A stretch of DNA of 64,000 nucleotides. Source: Candidatus Bathyarchaeota archaeon (GTDB lineage Archaea; Thermoproteota; Bathyarchaeia; Bathyarchaeales; Bathycorpusculaceae). This document shows positions 1 to 8,583 of this stretch, piece after piece. Numbering within the stretch: the stretch's first letter is position 1; each line of letters opens with the position of its first letter. The notes below the pieces were generated by a model. That model did no database searches. It worked only from the letters and a program-made list of their open reading frames with translations, and had not been told where the DNA came from. The translations under genes were made by a program, and so were the position numbers. Location of the stretch: contig CAVYXJ010000010.1 of the NCBI GenBank assembly GCA_963772455.1, forward strand, positions 64,001 through 128,000, given 5' to 3'.

Positions 1-1167
1 GTCCTGTTTGATCACTTCGGAAATTGGCATTTTTCCATAGAGCAGTTCTTCGCCTCGGTCGTCCGAAATAGTGCAGATAAAGTTTGAAGGCTTGCGAATG
101 AGTCCTTCTTTTAGCGCCTTTGCGTAGTCCATCGGAATTTTCGGAACTGGGGGTTCCGGCTTTGGCTTGATGATTCCTTTCTTGACCAAGCTCTCATATG
201 TCTCCCTTATCTTTAGGTCATAGTCATCATATGAATTTGGAACTATAGCGCCAGCAACTCGGAGAGCAGAATTCTTTGCGTCAGCAGTTTCCACTTCACA
301 ACCAGCTTTTGCACCTGCGTGCCCAAACTGAACTTCGGTTTTGAATGCTTTAGAGCAGGTACCAGTAACCCAAATAACTAACGGCTTGGTTATTTTCTTA
401 CATTTAAGCGCCTCAGCAATCTCGTATTCAGCGCTTCCGCCTACTTCGCCCAAGCAAACAAGCATCTTTACTTCAGGAATTTTCTCGAACCTTAGAAGGT
501 GTTCAAGCAGCGAGGAGCCTGGGTAAGTATCTCCTCCTATAGCTATTCCTTCGTACAAACCATCTGTATTCCGAGCAATGATGTTGTATGCCTCGTTGCT
601 TAAACCGCCGGATTTAGATACAAATCCTACGGAGCCTGGTCTGTGGAGTTTTGAGTCTATAATATTTTCGATTGTGCCGCCAGCGTTACCAATCTTGAAG
701 CACCCAGCTTTTATTCCTCCAACTGTTGCTGGACCAATGATGACTTTTCCAAGGACTTTGGCCTTGGCTGTGACCATTTTCATTCTCCTCTCAGGCACGC
801 CCTCGGCGATTATGACAACTATCCGTATCTGTGGAATGTCTAAAGCTTCTTCAGAAGAGGGTCCGGCTGACCTGAAAGACGCAAAGTTTATCATTACATC
901 AACGCTGGGATGCATCTTCGCAGCTTTCTCTATGGTTTTGTATATGGGTATCAGAATCTCACTTTTTCCAAAGAAAAATTTTGAGAAGCTGTCTGCACCC
1001 GTAGGGTTGATTATTGCTGCAACTGACGGTGTCTTGCGACCTGCCGCATAATCGAAGTCAAGCATCCTTTGCGTTGCGTTAACTTGGTTATTGTAAATGA
1101 ATGATTGAGTGTTGCAACTAAACAGTTCATTTTGGGAAGTCATCTTAGCTGGTTGTTTCTTCGGCAT
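1..1167 (-). CDS. aclA: ATP-citrate lyase alpha subunit (partial, runs off window start)
   Basis: Manual translation from ATG at 1167: MPKKQPAK...QRMLDFDY...IGPATVGG...SKSGGLSNE...AIGGDTYPGS...FGHAGA (phospho-His motif)...ISDDRGEE (start of the citryl-CoA lyase domain); follows aclB. Confidence 0.9.
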   Translation of the reverse strand, partial: MPKKQPAKMTSQNELFSCNTQSFIYNNQVNATQRMLDFDYAAGRKTPSVAAIINPTGADSFSKFFFGKSEILIPIYKTIEKAAKMHPSVDVMINFASFRSAGPSSEEALDIPQIRIVVIIAEGVPERRMKMVTAKAKVLGKVIIGPATVGGIKAGCFKIGNAGGTIENIIDSKLHRPGSVGFVSKSGGLSNEAYNIIARNTDGLYEGIAIGGDTYPGSSLLEHLLRFEKIPEVKMLVCLGEVGGSAEYEIAEALKCKKITKPLVIWVTGTCSKAFKTEVQFGHAGAKAGCEVETADAKNSALRVAGAIVPNSYDDYDLKIRETYESLVKKGIIKPKPEPPVPKIPMDYAKALKEGLIRKPSNFICTISDDRGEELLYGKMPISEVIKQD

Positions 1168-1168
1168 T

Positions 1169-2482
1169 TTATTTTCCTCCTTTCAAAGCCATAGAAACAA
1201 TCGTAGTCATGTGAGTTTCCGGTCCATACACTTCAATCGGCACGCCTAGCTTCTCGCCCAACGCCCGCATCTGACTTAGACCTTCCCGGTAGTTTGGCCC
1301 ACCCCTACGAACAAAGATCTTGACCTTGTTGTCCTGAAGCTTATTTTGGAATTCGTGTAGAGCCTTAATTATCCCCTTAAAGGTGTTAGCTACATCGGTG
1401 AAATTCGCTATGCCGCCCCCGATGAGGAGGAACTTACCCTTCGGGTGTACCTTCCGAGTCATAACGTCAAGTATCGTTTTGGCATAAAGATATGTAAATT
1501 CCTCGCTGGGGTCACCGGAGTATTCGCCGTAATTAGCTAATTCATGCATAAAGCCAAGGTCGGTGATGGTGTCTGCGTAAATTACTGATGCACCCCCTCC
1601 GGCCACCATTGTCCATACTCTTCCTTCAGGATTTAAAATTGTAAGCTTAAGAGAAGCCCCCGTCTGGGAGTCCAATTCCTCAACGTAAGCTTCTTCTTTG
1701 GTAAGTGCTCGACCAAAAGGTGCTGGAAACTCTATTTTGCCCCATTTGCTTCCGCTCTCGAATTCAGCGGTGCTGTCGAGTTTTGCTGCAAGATCAAGTG
1801 GAATGATTAAATCCTTGGTAACCACAAGCGGATTTATTTCTAAGTAAGTGAAGTTTAAGTCTGCATAGAATTTGAATAAACCCTCGACAAAACCTGCAAA
1901 GCGTTTTTTGCGGTCATCGGTTACTTTTCCAAGAAGCTTCTTTTCAATTTCCGAGGACGTTGGGAATGTACCAATAGGTACTTCCAGCCGCGTCGCTTTG
2001 GCATCTACATCTCCAACGTTCACTCCGCCTTCAGGGTAAAACATGATCGTGTCGCCATCTTTGGTTGATATTATTGCAACGTAACATTCATCTGAATCCT
2101 TATGGGGTATCATTGGTTCAATGATGAAGTGAGTTAATTGCCCGACTGTACCTCTGTCGGTGGGTTTTCCTTCTGCATCAAACTGGCCGTGGAGTATTAT
2201 AGGTTCTTTGGATTTCTCCATTATCCATTCTTTAGCCTGGTCGAAGTTCGCACCAACAAGAATAAGTTTGTTCTTTCCCCTTCGTTTTATCAGTTGGTCA
2301 GGTTTGACTACCAATTTTTCGGTGGTTAACCACTTGTGTTGGCTGGGCAGTTTTGTTATGTCTGTTCTTGGTCCAACTGTGACGATTTTATCTGATATTT
2401 CGTATTTTCCATCAGAGTAGTCTTTGAATAAACGAGCCAGCATACATTTGCCATCTGCTTCTCTAATTGCTTTATGCGCCAT
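1169..2482 (-). CDS. aclB: ATP-citrate lyase beta subunit (ATP-grasp + citrate-binding domain)
   Basis: VVKPDQLIKRRGK, YLEINPLVV, WTMVAGGGASVIYAD, NYGEYSG, GGGIANFT, RRGGPNY motifs. Confidence 0.93.
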   Translation of the reverse strand: MAHKAIREADGKCMLARLFKDYSDGKYEISDKIVTVGPRTDITKLPSQHKWLTTEKLVVKPDQLIKRRGKNKLILVGANFDQAKEWIMEKSKEPIILHGQFDAEGKPTDRGTVGQLTHFIIEPMIPHKDSDECYVAIISTKDGDTIMFYPEGGVNVGDVDAKATRLEVPIGTFPTSSEIEKKLLGKVTDDRKKRFAGFVEGLFKFYADLNFTYLEINPLVVTKDLIIPLDLAAKLDSTAEFESGSKWGKIEFPAPFGRALTKEEAYVEELDSQTGASLKLTILNPEGRVWTMVAGGGASVIYADTITDLGFMHELANYGEYSGDPSEEFTYLYAKTILDVMTRKVHPKGKFLLIGGGIANFTDVANTFKGIIKALHEFQNKLQDNKVKIFVRRGGPNYREGLSQMRALGEKLGVPIEVYGPETHMTTIVSMALKGGK

Positions 2483-2493
2483 TTTATTATCCT

Positions 2494-3711
2494 CTAATCA
2501 AACTTTTTCTTGAGTTTTTCAGCTACTTCAGCAATAAATTCCTCGGTGGACACGTTCTTGTTCTTTGGGTTCGGTGTGGCAACAACCATCAAATCGCCAG
2601 TCATTATACCGTCCTCGACAGTTTCAAGAGCTGCCTCTTCGAGCTTATTTGCGAATTCTACGACTTCTGGTGTCTGATCCAATTCACCTCGCTTTTTGAG
2701 GCAGCCTGTCCAAGCAAATATTATAGCTATGGAGTTGCTTGAGGTCCTTTCACCTTTCTGATACTTGTAATAATGCTTCTGAACAGTGCCGTGGGATGCT
2801 TCAAACTCGTAGAATCCTTGTGGACTTACAAGGACGGAAGTCATCATTGCTAAGCTACCATAGGCTGAACCCAACATGTCGCTCATAACGTCACCATCAT
2901 AATTCTTGCAAGCCCATAACAAACCACCCTCAGTTTTCATAATTCTGGCTACCGCATCATCGATGAGCGTGAAGAAATATTCGAGTCCAGCTTCCTTGAA
3001 TTTAGATTTCCAGTTAGCTTCGTACTCTTGCTCGAAAATCTTCTTGAATTGAGCATCGTACGTCTTAGATATTGTGTCCTTTGCTCCGAACCACAGGTTG
3101 ATTTTCTGGTCGTAAGCATAAGTAAAGCAAGCCTTAGCAAAGCTCCCGATTGATTTGTCAGTGTTGTGTATCCCTTGGATTATGCCGGAACCCTTGAAAT
3201 CCTGGATTGTCCCACGCCAAAGCTCCTTGCCGGCGCAGTTGGTAAACACCATCTCGGCTTTTCCCGCTTCTGGAACTCTGTATTCACAGTTCTTATACAC
3301 ATCTCCGTAAGCATGTCTCCCAATGTGAATAGGTTTATTCCATGACCTAACTGCAGGCAAAACATTTCGAACCAAAATCGGCGCCCTAAAAACCGTACCA
3401 TCTAATGCAGCTCGGATTGTTCCGTTTGGACTGCTCCATTCCTGCTTGAGGTTGTATTCTTTCACTCGATCCTTGTTGGGCGTGATGGTAGCGCATTTGA
3501 CTCCGACACCATATTTTTTAATGGCCTCAGCTGCTTCAAGCGTTATCTTGTCGTCTGTTTCATCTCTTTTTTTTAGTTGAAGGTCGTAGTAGACGAGGTT
3601 CATGTCGAGGTATGGTAAAAGAAGTTTGTCTTTTACCATTTGCCACATCACTCGGGTCATTTCGTCGCCGTCAATTTCAACTATTGGTGATTTTACGTTT
3701 ATTTTGTTCAT
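2494..3711 (-). CDS. icd: NADP-dependent isocitrate dehydrogenase (type II, IDH1-like)
   Basis: [47 protein letters not shown]. Confidence 0.95.
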   Translation of the reverse strand: MNKINVKSPIVEIDGDEMTRVMWQMVKDKLLLPYLDMNLVYYDLQLKKRDETDDKITLEAAEAIKKYGVGVKCATITPNKDRVKEYNLKQEWSSPNGTIRAALDGTVFRAPILVRNVLPAVRSWNKPIHIGRHAYGDVYKNCEYRVPEAGKAEMVFTNCAGKELWRGTIQDFKGSGIIQGIHNTDKSIGSFAKACFTYAYDQKINLWFGAKDTISKTYDAQFKKIFEQEYEANWKSKFKEAGLEYFFTLIDDAVARIMKTEGGLLWACKNYDGDVMSDMLGSAYGSLAMMTSVLVSPQGFYEFEASHGTVQKHYYKYQKGERTSSNSIAIIFAWTGCLKKRGELDQTPEVVEFANKLEEAALETVEDGIMTGDLMVVATPNPKNKNVSTEEFIAEVAEKLKKKFD

Positions 3712-3722
3712 AATTTACGCCT

Positions 3723-5657
3723 CTATTTTTTGACTGTGTAGGGGAGTAAGCCGCCTTCAAAGAGTATGTCCTTCTGTCTTTGCGAAAGGTTGTAACTAAG
3801 CTCTATTTTGAGGTTCTTAGTTTTATCAACCAAAACGACTGGCTCATTATGCTCTAGTTTCTTCTTCAGGGTAGGCAACTCAATTTCGTCACCCTGATCG
3901 ATTTTGTTATAGTCATCCATATTCTTGAAAGACAGTGAGATTATACCGAAGTTGACTAGGTTGGCTGCGTGAATTCTCTCAACGGATTTTGCTATTATTG
4001 CTTTAACTCCCAGATACATTGGGCAAAGGGCAGCGTGCTCTCTTGAACTTCCTTGGCCATAAGAGTCTCCCGCTACTATAACAGTTGCTAATCCTTTAGA
4101 TTTGGCGTCCATTGCTCTTTTTGGGAAGTCTTTGTCAAGCGGTTCGAAAACATATTTGGAATATTCGGGTACGTTAGAGCGGTACTTGAGTCTAGCTCCA
4201 GCGGGCATGATATGGTCGGTTGTGATTTTATCACCTACTTTTATGCCAATAACGCCTTTGATTTCTTCGGGCATTTTGTCGTTAACTGGCGGCGCACCGA
4301 TGTTGGGTCCCCTTACAATCTCGACATTTTTGTCTGCATTCGTGGGAAAAATGAACATGGAATCATCAACAAGGAACTTGTTTGGCATATCCACTTGTGG
4401 ATAAGTTATGCCCGCCTTTCGGGGATCAGTCATCTTGCCAGCAATTGCTGATACAGCCGCAACCTCGGGGCTTACAAGGTAAACTTGAGCGTCTACGGTG
4501 CCGCTTCGTCCCTCAAAATTCCTATTACTTGTCCTAAGAGAAACGCCTGTTGATTTGGGGCTTTGGCTATTGCCGATACAGAAGCCACAGGTTGCTTCAA
4601 GCAATCTAGCACCGCTATCTACAAGATCACCGATGTAACCGTCTTTTGTTGCCATCTGAAGAACTTGTCTTGAGCCTGGCGCAATCCCAAACGATACGTC
4701 TGGATGAACTTTTTTACCCTTCATAATTTTGGCGGCGGTGACTATTTCTTTGTACGATGAATTCGTACATGAACCAAGCATAACTTGGTCTACTTTTAAG
4801 TCTTTCAAATCACTTACTTTAACAATGTTACCTGGACTATGCGGTGCAGCTGCCAAAGGCTCCAATTCGCCAAGATCTAAGTCAATCACTTTATCGTATT
4901 CAGCGTCATCGTCAGCCTTTAGCTCGACCCAATCTGCCTCTCTACCTTGAGCTTTTAGGAACTTCAGCGTTTCTTCATCTGATGGAAATATAGAGGTTGT
5001 AACACCCATCTCTGCGCCCATATTGGTGATTGTGGCCCTTTCTGGGACAGAAAGAGTCTTTACGCCAGACCCCCCATATTCCATGACGACTCCTACATTG
5101 CCTTTCACCGTGAAAATTTCCAACATCTTCAAAACTACATCTTTGGCGCTTACCCAAGGTTGAAGGGTACCCTTCATATTTATCTTGTAAACTTTTGGAC
5201 AAGTTATGTAGAACTCTCCCCCACCCATAGCGACAGCAACGTCTAAGCCGCCAGCTCCAATGGCTATCATGCCTATTCCCCCTCCAGTTGTTGTATGGCT
5301 GTCAGAACCAAGAAGTGTTTTTCCGGGTTTACCGAATCTTTCCAGATGAACTTGATGACATATTCCGTTTCCTGCCTTCGAATAAATGATGCCATATTTG
5401 GCAGCAACTGTTTGAAGGTACTTATGGTCGTCCGCGTTCTCGAAACCCACTTGGATGGTATTGTGGTCTACATAGCTAACCGAAAGCTCGGTTTTCACCT
5501 GTTTTAGGCCCATTGCCTCGAATTGTAAGTAAGCCATCGTTCCTGTGGCGTCCTGGGTTAGGGTTTGATCAATTTTTATGCCTATTTCTTTTCCTGGCAC
5601 ATATTCACCGACTACCAGATGCTTTTCTATTATCTTACGAGTAAGGGACTTTCCCAT
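3723..5657 (-). CDS. acn: Aconitate hydratase (short 640-aa type)
   Basis: LTQDATGT, GSDSHT, GSCTN, CGFCIG, NRNFEGR, ITTDHIMPAG, GQGSSRE. Confidence 0.93.
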   Translation of the reverse strand: MGKSLTRKIIEKHLVVGEYVPGKEIGIKIDQTLTQDATGTMAYLQFEAMGLKQVKTELSVSYVDHNTIQVGFENADDHKYLQTVAAKYGIIYSKAGNGICHQVHLERFGKPGKTLLGSDSHTTTGGGIGMIAIGAGGLDVAVAMGGGEFYITCPKVYKINMKGTLQPWVSAKDVVLKMLEIFTVKGNVGVVMEYGGSGVKTLSVPERATITNMGAEMGVTTSIFPSDEETLKFLKAQGREADWVELKADDDAEYDKVIDLDLGELEPLAAAPHSPGNIVKVSDLKDLKVDQVMLGSCTNSSYKEIVTAAKIMKGKKVHPDVSFGIAPGSRQVLQMATKDGYIGDLVDSGARLLEATCGFCIGNSQSPKSTGVSLRTSNRNFEGRSGTVDAQVYLVSPEVAAVSAIAGKMTDPRKAGITYPQVDMPNKFLVDDSMFIFPTNADKNVEIVRGPNIGAPPVNDKMPEEIKGVIGIKVGDKITTDHIMPAGARLKYRSNVPEYSKYVFEPLDKDFPKRAMDAKSKGLATVIVAGDSYGQGSSREHAALCPMYLGVKAIIAKSVERIHAANLVNFGIISLSFKNMDDYNKIDQGDEIELPTLKKKLEHNEPVVLVDKTKNLKIELSYNLSQRQKDILFEGGLLPYTVKK

Positions 5658-5942
5658 ATTGCCTCATCCTTTGGAAAGATTTGACTTTCTTTTGCTAATA
5701 TAAAGATTGTCATTTATACGACAAATATCATCTGACATTGACTTAAAATTTCTGATTTTTACTTATCATATCAGTTAATTTTATCCATAGCTCATAAAGA
5801 GGGTTTGTTAAACTCTGGAAGAAAGAACAATGCAAATGATCTCTTATTATTAGACAATTTCAAATTTTTAACCAGAGGCTAATTTTAGTTCAATATTGGA
5901 TTAATTAAAACTAAAAAAAAGTTGTTGTTATTATTTGGCTGC

Positions 5943-6098
5943 TTATTTCTTTCTGAACAATAATAGGTCAAACAAAGCTCCTAAAATAATGATTGCAACA
6001 AACAATTCAGCGATTGCTGGATCAAAGTACATATCAGCTGCAGATTAAGGTCGAGTCTCAGTTGGAGCTATCGTTGGATGAGCTGGGTTAACCACTAT
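5943..6098 (-). pseudogene. Decayed C-terminal membrane-anchor fragment of a beta-propeller surface protein paralog
   Basis: Reads IVVNPAHPTIAPTETRP*SAADMYFDPAIAELFVAIIILGALFDLLLFRKK*, aligning with AVDPAHPTAAPTEIPPQSTADMYFVPAIAGLFVLIIIVAIVLALLMLRKHP in 8584..8907; in-frame TAA at 6045-6047. Confidence 0.8.
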
Positions 6099-6182
6099 GT
6101 CTACCTAATTAAAGCGAAAATTTACGCTTTGACCAATCAAATCTAAGTCAGTTCAATAGAATTTGCGATTAATTTAAATACA

Positions 6183-7211
6183 ATGAAAAGACGCATGAAT
6201 TCTGAAGGGGCGTCAATCTTTACATCACCTATTAGTGATATCCAAGCAAAAATTCTCAGAGAACTAATAGCAGATGGACGACAAACTGTTGCCGACATTG
6301 CGAAAAAAATAGGAAAAACAAAAAAAACTGTTAAAAATAATTACGAAAAACTTGAAAAAATGGGAATTATTACAGGTGCAACAACCCACATTAATTACAG
6401 ATTATTCGGATACAAAGCAGTTGCACATATCTTAATCACTGTGGACCCGTTACAAGCAGATAGACTTGAAAAATACTTACAAGAAATGCCTTGGGTTTAC
6501 AGTTTTTATAGTCGAGGAATCAAAGGAAACATCGACGTAATTGCAATTCTCACAACTCTTGACCAACTAAATAGAATTAAGGACCTGCTCAAAAGTAACT
6601 TTAAAGTCCTGGAAGTAAAGACTGGCATTTGGACTGATGTAAAAGAAATGAATCAGAATTTAGCAATAACTGATAATATCCGTAAATCTTCATTACCCTC
6701 CCCTAATATTGTGCCGAAATTAGAAATACGAAGGAAATCTACTAACGTTGTAATTGATGAAATTGACCAAAAAATTGCAGATATCCTGGCTGAGGATGGA
6801 CGTATTTCTATTGAGGATATTGGAAAAAGAATTGGTATTTCAGCTGGTCTTGCTAAGAAAAAATACGAAAAATTAAGGGACAATGGAATATTAAAAATTA
6901 CAATTCAAGTTAACCTAAAAAAGATCGGTTACTCTGCAATGTGCATATTCTTCACAGTAATTTCAGGTGAAAATTCTGTTTCAATTATTCAACAAATCAG
7001 CAAAATACCTGAAGTAATTAGCATAATGAAAACCACTGGAGATTACGACCTACAAATATATGCAATTATCCAAAATATTGATCAATTACTTTTCATTCAA
7101 GAAGAAATTTCAAAGATTGAGGGAATAAGTAAATTCGATTTGGAACTGTTGCGTTTTAGCGAGATGCTAACGAAGTGGCCCTCTCCGAGACAATACATTT
7201 CAACCTTCTAA
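6183..7211 (+). CDS. Lrp/AsnC family regulator with two tandem HTH-RAM units
   Basis: Two AsnC repeats (DIQAKILRELIADGR... and DEIDQKIADILAEDGR...TTGDYDL). Confidence 0.88.
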   Translation: MKRRMNSEGASIFTSPISDIQAKILRELIADGRQTVADIAKKIGKTKKTVKNNYEKLEKMGIITGATTHINYRLFGYKAVAHILITVDPLQADRLEKYLQEMPWVYSFYSRGIKGNIDVIAILTTLDQLNRIKDLLKSNFKVLEVKTGIWTDVKEMNQNLAITDNIRKSSLPSPNIVPKLEIRRKSTNVVIDEIDQKIADILAEDGRISIEDIGKRIGISAGLAKKKYEKLRDNGILKITIQVNLKKIGYSAMCIFFTVISGENSVSIIQQISKIPEVISIMKTTGDYDLQIYAIIQNIDQLLFIQEEISKIEGISKFDLELLRFSEMLTKWPSPRQYISTF

Positions 7212-7321
7212 GGACGAAAACTTACAGACTAAAAATACTGGCAGCTTAATACCTAAAACAAGATAGCGTAGGTTCAAACTTGAAATTTGAAGTTGAGAAG
7301 CAGGGAATAGAAGGCGTCTAG

Positions 7322-8296
7322 ATGAGCGAGTTGGATGCAAATATACTTAGAAATCTGTTGAAAGATGGACGTATTAGTTATGTTGAATTAGCAAAGAAAT
7401 GCGGAGTATCAAAAAATAAGGTTTGGAAGCGGTGCAGTGCAATGGAAAAAAAAGGCATTATTACCGGAGCAACAACTCAATTGAATTTTGAGGATTTCGG
7501 TTATGCTGCGCTTGCGACACTTCTTATTAGTGTTGAAGCACAACAAATTGAAGAAGTTATGGAATTCATAGAAAAAATTACTGAGATTCGCGCTCATCGG
7601 CAATACAATAGTGTTTACAACGTTAGAGCATTTGCAACTTTAAAAAACCTGAATGAGCTGGATTATATTAAGCAGATAATTAGGCGAAAACTTCCTACAA
7701 TTGGTTTAAAGACTTACATTTGGATGGGCGTTCGAAATATTCCTGAAAACCTAAATCTCAATGGTCATATGGATGGTATCAATGAAAGAAGTGATATTAA
7801 TTCAAAAGCGCCTATCTATGAGTCAACTAACAAAAAAATAATTGACGAAACAGATAGGCAAATATTACAAGAACTTACGGTTAACGGTCGCATGGCATTC
7901 ACAAAACTTGCAAAAATAAGTGGATTATCCACGAACACCGTTTTAAAAAGATATAAACATCTTGTGGAAAACGGCGCAATAAAGGTTTCAATTCAAATTG
8001 ACCCAAAAAAGATTGGGTACTCTTCAATACTTGATTTTAATATAGCATTCACTACACTTCGCGGTTTATCAGATGACATTGTCGAGTCGTTTTCAAAAAT
8101 ACCTGATATAATAATAATCACAAAAACTAGTGGCGACTATGATTTACAGGTAACTGCTATGATTAGGGATTTAGAACAATCATTCGCTATTCAAGATCAA
8201 ATAGCCAGAGTTCACGGGGTGACACAAATCGAAACTAGCTCAAGAAAAATACCCGACAGATGGCCAACTCCGCAACAATATATTTCTACTATTTGA
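7322..8296 (+). CDS. Lrp/AsnC family regulator with two tandem HTH-RAM units (paralog of the upstream gene)
   Basis: ELDANILRNLLKDGR... and DETDRQILQELTVNGR...TSGDYDL; shared C-terminal WP.P.QYIST motif. Confidence 0.88.
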   Translation: MSELDANILRNLLKDGRISYVELAKKCGVSKNKVWKRCSAMEKKGIITGATTQLNFEDFGYAALATLLISVEAQQIEEVMEFIEKITEIRAHRQYNSVYNVRAFATLKNLNELDYIKQIIRRKLPTIGLKTYIWMGVRNIPENLNLNGHMDGINERSDINSKAPIYESTNKKIIDETDRQILQELTVNGRMAFTKLAKISGLSTNTVLKRYKHLVENGAIKVSIQIDPKKIGYSSILDFNIAFTTLRGLSDDIVESFSKIPDIIIITKTSGDYDLQVTAMIRDLEQSFAIQDQIARVHGVTQIETSSRKIPDRWPTPQQYISTI

Positions 8297-8414
8297 TAGT
8301 AGTGTCGCAACTTGTCACATGTTTTTATTTAAAGCCGAACTCAAGAAAAATATCTTTATGTTCGATACGGGTTAAAAACGCCGAACTTGGTGAAATTTAA
8401 GTGAATAAAGGTTT

Positions 8415-8514
8415 GCTGAGGCTCTGGACCTCTTTAGGAGAAAAGAGCAAATGCAAACGCTCTATCACGAATTACTATGGGCAGTTATCGTGGATCAGCC
8501 AGAGCCTACTCAGC
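8415..8514. other. Multi-branch stem-loop intergenic element (candidate ncRNA or mobile-element relic)
   Basis: Outer arms gctgaggctctgg (8415-8427) / ccagagcctactcagc (8499-8514); inner stems agagc/gctct and cacga/tcgtg. Confidence 0.45.
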
Positions 8515-8583
8515 CCTCATTTTTTCCAATCATTTTTTTTAAAGACTAAAAAAGGGGAAATGATAGTTTTTTGTTTGTGTTTT

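Noticed and set aside
341-1051. Plus-strand ORFs 341..526 and 578..1051
   Set aside because: Antisense shadows of aclA; the same applies to the many short antisense ORFs over housekeeping genes in the track.
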